Shown here in pieces: positions 49,301 through 62,608 of a DNA stretch of 64,000 bases. A model generated the notes under the pieces. The model was not told the origin of the DNA and did not search any database. It was given only the letters and a program-made list of their open reading frames with translations. This stretch comes from Podospora anserina. Taxonomy: Eukaryota. The position numbers and the translations under genes were made by a program. Position 1 is the first letter of the stretch, and the number at the start of each line of letters is the position of its first letter. Location of the stretch: contig CM030332.1 in assembly GCA_017654855.1 (NCBI GenBank), positions 930,001 to 994,000 of the forward strand. The letters run 5' to 3'.

Positions 49301-52300
49301 CAAGGAGCTGGTGTTGTTGGTGACAGCGCAGGAGAGCGGCATTCAGCATCGGTAGCGTCGTGGCTTTGCTTTGCGGGTTTGCAGTTCAACCGTGTCCCTT
49401 TCATGGCAGACATATCAAAAACATTTGCTGCATCTCGCAGTACTATGTAGATGCCAAAGCACTTTGGTGAGGGGGAAATCGGACGATTACCCTAGGGAAG
49501 CATGGAAAGTGGGGCCGGATGCCCTTGTCGCTTGCGGCACGCAACGTCCAAGTCGATCGCCCCTGTTTCCCCACAGGGCCGTTGACGCCCCCGCAGACCC
49601 TTTCAGGGAAGCCGATTGGACACAAGATCTACAGATCAACTGAGCCACTCGCGCTTAACAAACATGGCCGCCTCTTGTGCTCTGTGTGAGTTGGGCCAGT
49701 AAGAAAGCCAGCAGCTCTTTCCGTCGCTTGTTACGTGCCCGCTAATTCTAGAGGGTGCACGGCAACGAGCTTCTAGTTGTCAACACCAACCGCCGAGTGT
49801 CAACGCGAGAGCCGCGAAGGCGAGCTTCTTGCCGTGGACGACAAGCATGGTCAGGGGCCGCCCCGAGGTCTTTGCGTTTTCCACTTGCTCTGTTGAACTG
49901 GTGTGTTGGCTCCGGTGATGAGATATCGTGTGTGTACGAGAGCAACGAAGACACGCCAGCGCAACCTGAGTCGGGGAGTTTAGGCGTGAGACGTCGGGCA
50001 GAGGCTTGTTGCTTCCGTCGGACAACCTTGTTTTCGGCCATTTTTCTCGGCAGTCGCAGGAAGACGACAGCATGTCGTGTACCATTGGGGACTTTCCATG
50101 GCATCTGTTCTCTTGCATCTGTATCCCGTTTTTGAGAGCCAAGGATTGTCCACCTGTGTGGGTATGACGGCATGGGATAGGTGGTGTAAGTCGCTGTGTT
50201 TATCAACAGCTCTGAACCCTTGCATCTCGTGATTCTGCTCTTTGCCGATTCTGTCGCGAAGCGTTGCATGTACTTCATGGGGCATCTTTCCAACGAAAGG
50301 CGATAGAGGTATTTTTGGCCCTTGTGAATGTTTGGTATGATTGATGCCAAATGCATGTTACACAACGCTCTGTTACACCTGGTTGGTCAGGGCCCGCATC
50401 GATAGCTATCCTGAAAATTTCCCTGCTATTGATCTTAGCAACCGAATGCAAGCTTCGAGAAATCCAAGACCGCTAAAGTTCATAAACCTGGTCGGAGCGA
50501 GAGCAAACAAATTGGAGGGGGGGTTTACTGCAGGGGACCTAACGATGTTTCTGGTGCTAGGGAAATCCCGGTGTGAACAGGGATAGCTCCAAGGTATCTC
50601 GCACCGTTGATTTCGCATTTCGAACACATGCTGAGCCATGACGGCATCTGCAAAGTCCACCGCATCTTGTCACAGCAAAAAAGCTGGCCAGGCGCGGCTT
50701 TTCACGCTTGTTCGGGAGCCGGTGCCCGTCTCTGCTGGCGTTTGAGGCGTTAGACATTTTCTGTCTTACCAAGCCATGCTGCCGCAAGACCGTTGCTTTC
50801 TCGTATTCTGTCGGCTCCCACAGTTCCTCCCAACGGCGGCGGGAAGTCAAGTGTCACCATGTCGTTCGTGTCTGCGTGGGCGATCATGCTCGCATGTATC
50901 CAGCGGAGGATACATGTAGCATAGGAATGAAGTTGGTGCGGAATCGGATGGATATGGCGGCATAGTGATGCTAGGTTAACGGTCTACCGGAACGGGCCAA
51001 ACCGGTGAGCATGGAGATGGGGGGGGGACGGCGATGAGGGGCAAGAGGGAGAGAGAACGGTCGTTGCGGCTGATGGAGCTACCCCACAGTCGAGGTCTCA
51101 GCGACACACACAGTGACTGGGAGCCCCCTGTCTGTGGATGACTAACTGGGCTTAGCGGTCCCACCTGTAAGGCCGTGATAAGCTTCCAAATTTTTGTGTC
51201 GGTCCCACTTGAATTGCCCACGTCTTTGCACGGACCAGTAGATTGACCCCTCAAGCATGTGTTTTGATGCGCCTCTCGCTCATGTGATGTCCGCTGTCTG
51301 CGTCCGTCCGAAGCCATGCCACGCTATGCCAGGCACACAACATCCCCTTTGCGGTGGAAGCCCTCTGGTTGGCTGGCGCAAAACAGCGGGAAAGAGGCAA
51401 AGACGGAGAGCAAAGAAAAAAAGGGTGGGTTCACAGGGAAGACGAAGCCCCAGCATGTCCCGAGTCCTGGTTACCCCCTTTTTCCCTCGCACCCGCTGGC
51501 GTTGCTGTGTTTCGTTCAGTCAGCGTCGAACAGAAGAGCTGTAAAAATCCCACGGCGGAGAATAGGGGTTACAAATGCCAAACAATGGGACCACAAACAG
51601 CAGCTGGAGTTCCGGGCGTAGGAACACCAAGTTTTTCCAAGCTGCCTGAGCTGTTCCGGTGATGCGCACGTGTTTTGTAGAGAAAAGAGAAGAAAGCACG
51701 AAACGGTCAAACAAACAATCGGAGAGTTTGAACTATGCGCGTGTCCGGCCGTTGTGTGATACCCGTCGGAAGTGTCAAAGTTGTCAAGCAACGGAAAGCC
51801 ACCGCAACTGTCGTCAGAATCTTCAAAGACACTCCGTTGCCGGAGTGGTTGATGTTTTAGAGAAGAAAAGAAGGGGGTGTAATGCTCGTACTTTTTCGTC
51901 CATGTGGAACTGGGCGACGTAAGCTGTCGAGGGTGTCACCGAGACTAGATTGGTTGTAGTCAGCAAATCCAACGTTGCCGCATTAAGGCAGGCTGAAGGT
52001 TCAAGATGTAGGTTGCTGCTAGAAGCCTGTTGCAAAGTCATGTGGTGGAACAACAGGGGTTGCGGCGAGGAAGATATCATTTATGCGTGCCAGCATTTGC
52101 TGTCTGGGTGTGTCGATTATTGTTATATCTGAGCATTATCAGCTCCACGAATTGACCAATGATTCTTCACAACAGGTCAAACAGTCGTGATTAGGCTTGA
52201 CAAGGTATTAGGCAGGGCTGACATGGGGGGCACAAGTTCGGCAGCGGGCCGTGAGGGTCCAAATACTTTGTTAGTTCAGGGGTTGGTTCCTTCGGGGCGG

Positions 52301-55099
52301 TTGTTAGTGACACCTTCTGGTATGCTGCGAGCTGGCATGTTTTCTGAGTGCCTCGTGAGATCAGTATACAATTTCAAGAACAGAAAGGTAAGTAAAAAGA
52401 CCATGGTATAATCGCGCGGGTGTACTACGAAGAATGTCGGAGAAATATATAACAGACAACAAAGATCCCAGGTAAGAAACCGCGAACAAAAGAAAAACAA
52501 AACGGCAGAAGAGCCAGGAAAGTAAACAGACATCCTCCTCCTTCCAAACACACAGTGCCAGCCCTCTAATCGAAGTCCAAGCCCAAGACACGATGGTACC
52601 AATTCCGTCCCTTGGGCCCAGAGCCATTATATCACTCCACCTTTAGTGGTGATTACCCCAAGCCAGAGTCTCCTTTGCTTCTCTCCCTCGCGAAAAAATG
52701 TACAGGTTCCATGGCCATGATGCCGTTTGCAAGTATGTCGCTGTCGGTCGATATCGGTTCGCCGGCCAGTTCCTTGCGGATATCGAGGCAAAGATGTTAA
52801 AGCCCTGCAAATGTGCGAACGAGTTCTGGTTAGCATTTTCACAAGCTGATGACAAGTGATCATACCGAAAATTACTAACGACACATGCTCTTCAAGCAGC
52901 TATCGCAATAGCCGTCAATCTCGTGTGGAACCTCCCTGACGCCCCCAGGGCAACCTCCACCTTGCGCTCTGCACTCGGCGGTGTGCGACATCTCGCTCGT
53001 GGGGGCGTGATAGCACCCTCGGTATCTCCAGGTAATCATCTGGCAGCACATATTGTTGTTTGTGGGTGTGTCGTGCGGAGGTTGGGAGGATTTGTGGAAA
53101 GAAGTTGAGCTGTAGACGGTTTCGATGTCGAGTAAATGTAGAGGCAGTGGTGTGAACGGCAGGATGATAGAGCGCGGAGTGATGCTGATAAAGGGAATAG
53201 AAACTTTGAGAGGACGTTGGCGCCCTTTTATGTTCTCGCTAGAGATGGGATGCCTACATACTTCGAACTTTCGATGTTCGCCGTTGAGCCTCTTGGAAGA
53301 TCACCAGGGGTATGTGGGTGTCATCGGCAGTGAGGTCGAACTAGCTCGTTGACCGACTGTTGGCAGCGATGGTTACGCAGGGAGATGAAATCAGGTGGGT
53401 GGTGCTGTTGGTCGATAATCTTGAATGGCTCAGGCTCTACCCGTGGCCAGATTGGGGGAGAAAACGTCACTACCACCTATTGCGGGACAGAGGAGCAGGA
53501 GAAGGCGATGGGGCAGGGAAGAGAGAAAGTACATCTGTGTATCAAAGACTTGAGAAGTAGAGTCTGCCAGGTACCTCTGCCGGGTGTATATGCCGCAACA
53601 CCGTTGGCAAGGGGGCAGGGTGTTGCAATAGAAAAGACCTGGGCCTATCAGGTATACATCTGGGGAACCCTCCTTCCAGGGCTGGCAACGGCTAAGGTGT
53701 CTAGACACCCCGTGTACCAACCCGAAATGTGTCTCCCACCCCCCCCTAACCCCCTCAACGACGAACTGATCCCCATCAACAGTGCGAGAACAATCAGCCC
53801 TGTGACCACTGCTGGTGACAATTGTCGGCATCAACTGTAGAGGTGCGGTGCGCCGTCAGGGTGCTGTAAGTCATCTCGGGTTATGTCCAAACGACGCCTG
53901 TACAAGTTGCAAACTCGATCTTCCTCTGCTGTAACGTCCCACACTTGAGAATGGCGGCCGCACACGAGGACCTCGGGGCCTGCCAAGGAGTAACGTAACG
54001 GGAGACGGAAGCGTGAGGAGCTTTTTCCTTTTGAGACGAACGCATGTTTGCGAGCTAGCGGGGAAGCGCAGCATGGCTCCTGTTGAGACGGAAACCCACA
54101 GTAGCCCAGCAGAAACACGACCATAGGAAAAATATGGGGAGTTAGGGGTAAGAGCGTAAGGGTTAAGCTGCGGGAAATGATGGTCCACGACGAGCCACCA
54201 AGCCGCATACAAGCACGAAAGACTGTTCCGGTGCTCCAAGACTACTGATATTAATGGAGAGGTTAACCGCATTGGGTAGGTGGCCCAACAACTATCTTCT
54301 TTCTCCAGAGATACTCTGTGTCTCCCCAATCTTTGCGGTTTGGGAGGTGGCGCGCACTTGCTTGAGGTCACCTTGTCGTTCGGGTACTTTTCACTAGGAT
54401 CTTCAGTATCAGCAGATACCGGTTTGAAACTTCACATATTTGACGTCCCGATCAAGGTACCTGCAGCTGGTGTTAAGCGCAGTTGGCATCTGACCTGGGA
54501 GCCATGGAGGTTGAGGTTGAGGCTGAGGATGAAGGCTGCATGAACAGCGACCGCAACCCTGCATATCGCGGATCCCCGGTTGCAATCACCAGCGAGGTGA
54601 AGAAAGTGAGTCGATGCCTGCTGCGAGGCTGTCATAGGACAGATTCAAGACCAGCATTTGCAGCTTGGTTCGGCGTCCCGGCACTTGAGGACTGGGGGCG
54701 AGGTGTCGGTGTCTAAATTGGAACAGGCGAAGATAAGTGACATTGTGAAAAGAGACAAAGGAATTTGGCCATTGGCATTGCGGTGTTTACTCTTCATCTT
54801 CTGGCGTGGTTGCTATGACGGGAGTTGGGCAAGGAACATCGGAAGAAACACCAAAAATAAGAGCGGAAGCCAGTGTCTGGATGGTAGAGAAGCAGTCCAA
54901 AGAAATCTGCACACACAGGCCCCAGTTCCACCCAATAACCAGGGCCCTTCTTTTTTTGATTGACGCGCCGATTCGGGACCTCGTGCTTTCCTGTTGTGTT
55001 CCCACGTCAAAGCCTCTCTGTGTATCGCATGCAGGAGCTCCCGACTTCCTTCATCAACAACAAGCTAGATAAACCTTCCTTTTTGGTTGATTTTCAAGA

Positions 55100-57310
55100 A
55101 ACTGGCGTGGCCCCACTTGAGTAACTGTGTACCCACAGTTTATTCTTGCAAGGGGTGAGGCCGCCCCCAAATACCCTCCTTGATTCAAATTCCCGGGTCG
55201 GTGATAAAAAGTGGGGGCTGACTTGGCTGACGCTTTTATACAGTCTGATGGAAAGCCTGGTGCGGCCAGGTCTGCGGCCGGCCCTCTCGTTCTTTCCGGT
55301 GTCCATCACGGCAACCCTGGCATCACGCTAGGTCGTCAAAGTCGGCCGAGATGTTCGACACAGCCTTTTCATCCATCTTGACTGGAGTCCTAACCGGCCG
55401 TGTTCTCCGGCTCAATTACCGCCAAGCTCCCCGGTCGGGGTCGACCCATCTATGCCATCACCCAGAGTGCCCCTGAAGGCCGCCATTCGTCTTCTCTGAT
55501 GTTTCTCGAACATGTGAAGACGGGTCAATGGTATGCGACCTGGTTGATCTGAAACCTTCAACCTCAGTTTTGGCGGAGGCCCATTCCAGCTCCCGGGAGA
55601 CGAACAGCACTGGATACTGCGAGCTCAGTCATGACCCCTATTTCCCCTGATCTGAACCGGGCTAACCGAGACACATTCAGATGTGGGACATATGCGGCAT
55701 TGAGATGAATTTGATGGAGCTACTCGGTCTGTTTTTGCCTAGTCTTGCAAACATATGACAGAGCGGGCTTGTTCTGCATTCTTCACTGCCATGAGCACAA
55801 TGTGTTGCTCCTCGATGGGGGTCTCCCTGAGATGTGGGATATCAGTCACGACTGACCGGAGCTATTTCCGCAAATACTCCAAAGATCTTTTAGGCGCACA
55901 TAGGAGATCGTTTGCGATATCAAGGCCGCTGGCTTGCATGCTCTCCATCTTCTTGGCGATTGAAACAGGTAATGTTGCCATGGAGCATATGGCACTTTCC
56001 CACCACACAGGGCCCATCAAATGCACGAACGGTCTGCATAAGGTCACCAGACTGTGTCCTTGTCTGAGAGGGAAGAATTTCTGGTTGTTGGGAGACCGTC
56101 GTACTGGCGTTTCTCGCGAGTATGCTTACGATTCCGGCTTTCTGCCAATCACGGCTGTATTTAAGCGCCAGTACCGAATTGCTGGTAAGCACTCCCAGAG
56201 GTAAGCACTCCCAGAGGTCAGTCCTTCGTCTCAGTGACGAGTCACTGCAGCTGATATCGCCACAGACTGGATGGACTAACGCCTCAAGGGTCTACATCCG
56301 TTGTCTAGCAGACTCTCCCTTACTCTTTCGGAAGCCATTGGCCTGACTTCTACATTGAGCCACAATTGGGAGTTGAACTCGTATCATCTGCCCATCGACA
56401 ATCTCTCTCCATGATTGCAAGTGCTTTTAGCAAACACCCACCCCGCCAGCTACCCACTCTCTCACCCGAATGTGATGTAATTGACCCTCGATATGCAGGT
56501 CGCTTGTCCGGGTCCGGACAATGTCGCCGGAACCAAGCCAGGACGCCGCTCACACCTTGCGGACCCACGGTGAGCAGGGCGATGGCCTTTGCCCGATTGG
56601 CAGACAGAACATATTCGCAATCAGCTAAACCGTCCCGAAATGATTGCCCTGTGGACACCGTCCCTTTAGGGAAGATAGTCCCCCCAATCTCGAGATAGGA
56701 CGTTGATATCACCAACAATGTTGTGTTGCAGATACTCTTTTCCGCAAGGGGTGTCGTTCGGGGCCGAAATGTTGATAGGCTTACTGGCGTCGTCATCGTC
56801 GCCCCTGGTCGCACGAAACCAAGAAGACTCAAGATTAGCCGTCACCTTTCATCAAGCAAACAAGGTAAGTGCTCCCTTTGTTCCTCGACAGAACCACCAA
56901 GTACCCGTCTTTTCGAATAGGTAGTTTGCTCGTCCTCGAAGTGCCGGATGCCAACAGCGCACACGGTACCACTAGCACACCATTGGCACCTATGTTGGTT
57001 CGAGGGCACGCGATTATCGGCTCTTGAGCCAGTCAGGAGTTATGGTGCTGATTGTTCCCTGGTGGAGCTCACCGACGCATCGGCCCGTATCGATGGCAGA
57101 CCTGCATGAGGGCATTGGTCACGGGAACGTGGGACTGGGGGCTGGCATCTCCCGCCAACTTCTGCAGAAGGAAAGCTCTCAGCAACAACTCTCCTCTTTC
57201 AACAGCCAGGTTGTTGAGCAACTTACACTTGCTTGACCCGCTCCCTGAAAGAACGTACGATCTCTCCTGCCGGAAAAGAACTCAGAGATAGACCCAAAAC
57301 ATCTTCTCAT
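55100..57310 (-). pseudogene. Possible decayed gene relic of unknown family
   Basis: A chain of protein-like minus-strand fragments (GELLLRAFLLQKLAG.., LQHNIVGDINVLSRDWGDYLP*, IAKKMESMQASGLDIANDLL..RK*LRSVVTDIPHLRETPIEEQHIVLMAVKNAEQAR) broken by stops and frameshifts, plus one plausible 50-nt intron (57072-57023). No family recognised. Confidence 0.3.
56184..56218. repeat. Perfect 16-bp tandem duplication GGTAAGCACTCCCAGA x2
   Basis: Units at 56184-56199 and 56200-56215, followed by a partial GGT. Confidence 0.9.
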
Positions 57311-58991
57311 ATTTCAGTCGAAGAGTCTGTCTGACTGACTTTCGGTACTTTGAACAAAATCAACGATTACTGGCAAAGACTTCCTCGAAAACCGCCACAA
57401 GGCCACTCTCTCTTTGGCGGAGTTCTACAAGTCAGTAAGTCACAACACATCGTTCTTCAAACCCGGACGTGGCCAGATTGTTCAGCCCATTCAGTTGACG
57501 TTGAAAATGATGATCATCTGGGCCATGTTAGACTGTCACGACATCTTTGGCCTAGTGGCTCCAAGTGGTGTTCTTCAGAGACTTGAATTGTGCCAGCTCA
57601 TCAGCAAAGCAAGCCTCTTTGACAAGCTTGGCATCAATATCAGTCTCAGTGCATGGACGAGCTGCGTTCCTCTCACGTTGTGGCTGGAGCTATAAGCTAG
57701 CTGTGGTGCTGAAAGCTCAGATGCTGTGGTTGAAACATGTCTGGTAAGAGCTCGGTTCGCGCTGTTAACCAGCTTTATCCCCGTCGGACCCGAAAGTGAT
57801 TGGTTGTTGAGCAAGCAGCCACATTGATAGTGATCATGAACTTGCAGCGGTTAGGCTCGGTGTGCCGAAATCGAGCCAACAGACAGCCCTGCGGCTTCTG
57901 CTATTCTTGGGATTTAAATTGTTCATTGTGGCATGATGGCAAGCGTGCGTCATTGAATTTTCATGGCGGTTTACCGAACAAGGTGGTTTTGTCGGGGCCA
58001 AACGGGAGTCGAGACCCTGGGCTTGCGTGTCAGGGGCAGCACGGGGCATTTAGGTCTCCCCGCACCCCGCAAATCCCCCAGATTCTAAGCGTGCCGGGCA
58101 TCAAGTGACAGCTGCGATGGGGCTTCCGATATATCTTCGTCGGCGGCGAACGGCACCAATCAAACGGGCGAAAGCTCAAGGTCAATGGAGGCTGTCCCCG
58201 GTAGAAGCAGGGCACACGAGCAGAAGAGCCGCGACGAGGAGCTCCACATTGTAACAAAGTCTATTTTGTCCTGTCTCGACATCATTCCACCATTCCCACC
58301 ATACCGTGATGTCTCCAGCAGGAGCCAGCACATGCCAGCAGCACATGTCAATTTTGCCAGTGCGCCGCTGGCCGGCCAGCGCGGTTAACAGAGGCATTAC
58401 CCCCTCGTTTTTTCTCAAGCCAATTGCGTCCCCACGTGCGGCACCCACTCGCGCCGAGTTTTACTCGACTCCTCCTTCTTAGTCGAGCACAATTCGAGTC
58501 CAATCATGGCAGGGGCGCCCCGCCAACTTTTTTTGATCATACGTCGCTGTGAAACGGGTGGTTTTGGTGGTGGTGCGCGGAAAGGGAGAGCAGTGCCGCC
58601 TGGAATTGCGGGATTGGGAACAAGGTCCCCCGTCCAGCTCATGTGAACACTTTTGCGGAGCACAAGGAGACCCAAACAGTCTCAGGGAAGTTGCCAAGCA
58701 GGGGGGAGAGCTGCTGCTGGGGGGGCTACATGGAGCTGGCCATCATCCGTAAGCACCGACATGTCCGCTGCCGTTGGGACATATAAACTCCATCCTGCTC
58801 TGTTGTCTCCCACTTCTTTTTTTTTTCTCTTTCTCTCTTCATTCAAACTTTTCGTTCTTAAAGTACTCCAAAGCTTACTGACGCTGGTCTCTCATCATCA
58901 TCTCTCTATCCAAAGCTACTACAGCAACCATAATCACCACCAAGAAACCCACACAAACTTTTTATTCACACGCCAAAACCAAAAACACACA

Positions 58992-59333
58992 ATGTCTTCC
59001 CCCCTCACCCCAGAGCAAATCCGCCAGCTCTCCGAGCAAGCCCAAGAGTTCCGCCCCGTGAACGCCTTCCGCCGGCCCTCCACCTTTTTGTCCCTCGCCC
59101 CCTCCACCTCGGAGTCGTACCCCCGCAGCCAGAAGCAAGAGACCTCTGCGCCCCCCCTCACAGCCGAGGCCCTCGCCGCCATTCCCCAGAAGCAAGACGA
59201 GCAGAAGCGCCGCGCCTCGAGCCTGAGCTCGGACGCCTCCAAGTTCCGGTTCTTGAAGCTGGGACCCGTTCACTGGGGCGAGCACCAGGACGGTGTCAAG
59301 GAGGACTTTTATGAGGTTGCTGTTGAGGAGTGA
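58992..59333 (+). CDS. Small (113 aa) uncharacterised protein with PKA-type sites and a C-terminal FLKLGPVHWG motif
   Basis: Good start context (CACAATG), strongly C-ending codons, TATA-like ATATAAA at 58781, CT/CA-rich leader. The longer 58653 ORF is leader read-through. Confidence 0.8.
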   Translation: MSSPLTPEQIRQLSEQAQEFRPVNAFRRPSTFLSLAPSTSESYPRSQKQETSAPPLTAEALAAIPQKQDEQKRRASSLSSDASKFRFLKLGPVHWGEHQDGVKEDFYEVAVEE

Positions 59334-60170
59334 TTTACTCTCAACACGCTCTTTTATTTCGACATCATTTTAATATCCTGGTCTCTTTTTTTTTACGAGT
59401 TTTTTCATCATGATGATGCAGCAAGCAAAAAAAGCATGGAGTTTTAACGCGGGGAAACTTTTGCATTTTCTTTTCATCAACAATGGCAATGGCAGGTGGG
59501 TGGGCAAATTTGACACAACCTTTATGGGAGGATTGGAAATCATATTTTAGCGGTCTTTTAAAGAGGGATGGGGGGTTTGGGAAAGAAATACCAAAAAGAA
59601 AAGTTACACACATCTTTTTCGCCTCACACACATGACATGTTTGTGATATGTTCAGTCCTTTTGTTGCCTGACCAGCTCACAGAGACACAACTTGAGGACC
59701 CCCAGCCAAGACGGAGACGGGAAGGGGGTTCTGAGTATGCTGGACGAAAGGAATGAATGGGGAAAAGATTGATAATCCTAATTCCGAGAGGTGGGATGGG
59801 ATGGGATGGGGATGGGGGAGGACAAGATTCGGTATGGACCAGGGGGTTGAAGGAGAGGGGAAACCAAAAGGAGGGAGGGATTTTTTTCTTGGCAAGATCT
59901 TATGCATGATGCATCTTTAGGGCGGGGATATGAGAGCGAAGGGGGGGGGGGATTACTGGTTACTTGCTGGTCAAGAGGTGCAGTAGTGTCAGGTATGGGT
60001 GGATAGTATCAAGCTTTTTTGTTGCTTTTTTGTGTTGTGCTGATGGTGGCTGACTGGTGGTGGTGATGATGGTGCCCAAAAAGGAGGGGAGAGGAAGAGG
60101 AGGAGGGGGGGTTTGTTGATGTTGATGCTGGCAACATGTAAGCAACAGATATCCTCCCGAAAAGGCCGGA

Positions 60171-60189
60171 TTGGTTGGTTGGTTGGTTA

Positions 60190-60236
<47 letters not shown>
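60171..60236. repeat. (TTGG)4 followed by (CT)22 microsatellite
   Basis: TTGG repeats at 60171-60186; CT repeats at 60193-60236. Confidence 0.95.
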
Positions 60237-60239
<3 letters not shown>

Positions 60240-60940
60240 GGACAGGATTTTCTTTTTTCTGTTGAGAGAGGGTCGGATATGTCGGGGAGTTTAGGTCGTA
60301 AATCCGCCCATAGGTAAGGTACATAGCCTTGAGATGGGGAGATGGGGGATGTGATGTGTTGTCTTCTTGGCTTCGACTCTTTCTCTCACTTCCGGTGTTT
60401 CCATTCCCCGGACATCCCGCGCAGCGCAAAATGCGGAGGAGAAGTTGTTGGAAAGGTAGCCTTATTACCCCCCCCCCCGCCTCTAGCTGTCCCTCAAAAA
60501 CAGTGGAAGCGAGCGGGTTGACAAGAGCTCGCTATGCTACATTGGCTCGTTTAACTGAGGCACTATTACTTGATGGTTTCTTGGTGTTGTTTTTTTCTGG
60601 GGTATGGGGGTATGGGGGTTGGTTTGGGATTCGCGCCGCAGAGTAAGTACTAAGAGAGCGGCGTGGGGGTACAACACCTGGATGATATGATGATGGGGGA
60701 TGTGCCATCGGGGTGTTGGTGAAATGTTGCCGAATGAAGAGAGCATCAGCCAAGAAATCAAACGGAGTTGTCTCTCCGAATTGTCTTTTGTTTCTTATGA
60801 TTGATATGAATCTCAGGGGGGAAAAAGGGAGAGGGAGGGTCAGAAGAAGCTCTTTGAGGTATGTAGTGTTATGCAAGCCAAGACGGCAGGTGGCAGATCG
60901 CTACATGGCACTTGGCAAACCTGAAAAGAAAGGCCGAATT

Positions 60941-60958
60941 GTGTGTGTGTGTGTGTGT
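60941..60958. repeat. (GT)9 microsatellite
   Basis: Read directly from the sequence. Confidence 0.9.
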
Positions 60959-61588
60959 AGAAGAGGGGATTCTGAGAGATTGTCAAAGTTGCAATTATAT
61001 GAAGAAGGGGGAGATTCTCATTAACCGCCCAAAGACCCATTCTCGTCAGATTAATGCTGGTCTTGGCGAGGGGCTCGCAAGTGTCGGGTTGACTATAAGT
61101 ACTGTGCAGACTGAAGGTAATGGTGTGGTGGAGCGAAGACGTGGTGAAGAAAAGGCAATAATCGCCACATATTGCTTATCTATGAGATCTGCTGTGGTGC
61201 CCATGTGAGCATGCTTCAGGTTGTGTCCCCGTCTCACGGGCTGCACTTATCCATAGGACCCCTCCGCAATGACCGTCATCTTGTGCTTGGATTGTGCCAC
61301 TGTATGGTGACTGCCTGACTCGGGATGACGAGCACGTTGATCAGGGGAGGCGGCTGATGTCAGGAAACCACATGATTGTTTTCTCAACTACACAAAAATA
61401 TGAACAGATACCCATCACAACCACCCCTGGGATTCCTCACCAATCTCAGATCCCTTCTTTCTCGGCGGCGCTCGGCAGATCTTGATCAACGGCACTGGCC
61501 CGTCTTGGCGAAAGCACACAACTCTTGGCAGCCCGGGAATGTCTTCATTTTCTCAGCGAAGGCCGAAGTTTATCACGGTCTCCGACAC

Positions 61589-62608
61589 TCAGGAGAAGGG
61601 GTCTGGGGCCTCGACCTTCTTGATCCTGAACTGAGCCGAGTCGATGCCGCATTCTTGAATCAGCCTCGGAATGTTGACCTCTGCCCAGAATTTCTTGTCG
61701 AAGCTGTCAAATCGGCGTCGGCAGCAAGTTTCGCCAGGTAAGTGCTTCAAGAAGCACATCGGAGGTTTATCGTCAGACTTCTCGCCTGAGCCGACTTCGG
61801 GAGCGTGGCACTGGCACCAGAAAGAAGGGCTGTCCGACTTGCGTACTCTCATCGATGCCTTCTCCAGGTAGGGGTCCGACAAAACCACCAGCAGCGCTTT
61901 CATCACCGGGTTGTGCCTCAAAGACATCGTCGTACGCATAGCGTCTTGTGGTGGTGCAAATAATCCATAGTGTGGTGAAACGCGACGGACAAGGCCTTCG
62001 TTGCCCAAGGGGACTTCGACCTCGAGGCGGCGAAGCCTTCCGTTAAGTATCATATAGCCCAGCGCAGGTATCAGCTTGTTTTCCAGGTAGGCACCTCCGA
62101 ACCGGTCAATACGAACGAGGACATGCCGCAAGCTCAGCCTTGGGCCTTCGACTGACCCAAGATTGCCGTCATCCTGCGTATCAGAGCTCCTCAGCAGCAA
62201 CCTATCGACTTTCCCTGTCTTCATGAGGACCTTCCGGATGCCATGTTGGTCGGCCTTTAGTGTTTTCGACCGTTGGTTCGCCAAGCGAAGATGAAACATA
62301 TTCCTGCCGTAGTATATCCCGCTCGCAATTCTATACAATTCCGTACACGTGAGCATCATGTTTACAGGCGGGCCTGCCACGTAAGGTTCGAAAGCAGTAG
62401 GGTCATTGAGGAAATCCCGGGCAGTTTGGCCAACGCCTCGAGCGCTGATCACATGGCCGTTGGTGACGTATACGCCCCCCGGATAGAGGCATACGTGCTC
62501 AACTATCTGCTCGCGGATTTCTGGAGGTAGGTCGAAAAAGTAATGAAACTTGTTGTGTGTTATACTCGTCTGCTGTGGATTCGGTGCGCTGATATCATGG
62601 GATTCCAT
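61589..62608 (-). CDS. Fungal protein with an N-terminal F-box-like motif
   Basis: 339-aa single-exon ORF; FHYFFDLPPEIREQIVEHV and MMLTCTELYRIASGIYYGRNMF, typical of fungal F-box-like families; FWCQCH Cys motif. Confidence 0.75.
   Translation of the reverse strand: MESHDISAPNPQQTSITHNKFHYFFDLPPEIREQIVEHVCLYPGGVYVTNGHVISARGVGQTARDFLNDPTAFEPYVAGPPVNMMLTCTELYRIASGIYYGRNMFHLRLANQRSKTLKADQHGIRKVLMKTGKVDRLLLRSSDTQDDGNLGSVEGPRLSLRHVLVRIDRFGGAYLENKLIPALGYMILNGRLRRLEVEVPLGNEGLVRRVSPHYGLFAPPQDAMRTTMSLRHNPVMKALLVVLSDPYLEKASMRVRKSDSPSFWCQCHAPEVGSGEKSDDKPPMCFLKHLPGETCCRRRFDSFDKKFWAEVNIPRLIQECGIDSAQFRIKKVEAPDPFS

Noticed and set aside
46393..54700. Numerous 100-230 aa ORFs in the gene-poor tract
   Set aside because: Mostly non-ATG starts, no codon bias, no motifs, and overlapping on both strands as expected by chance.
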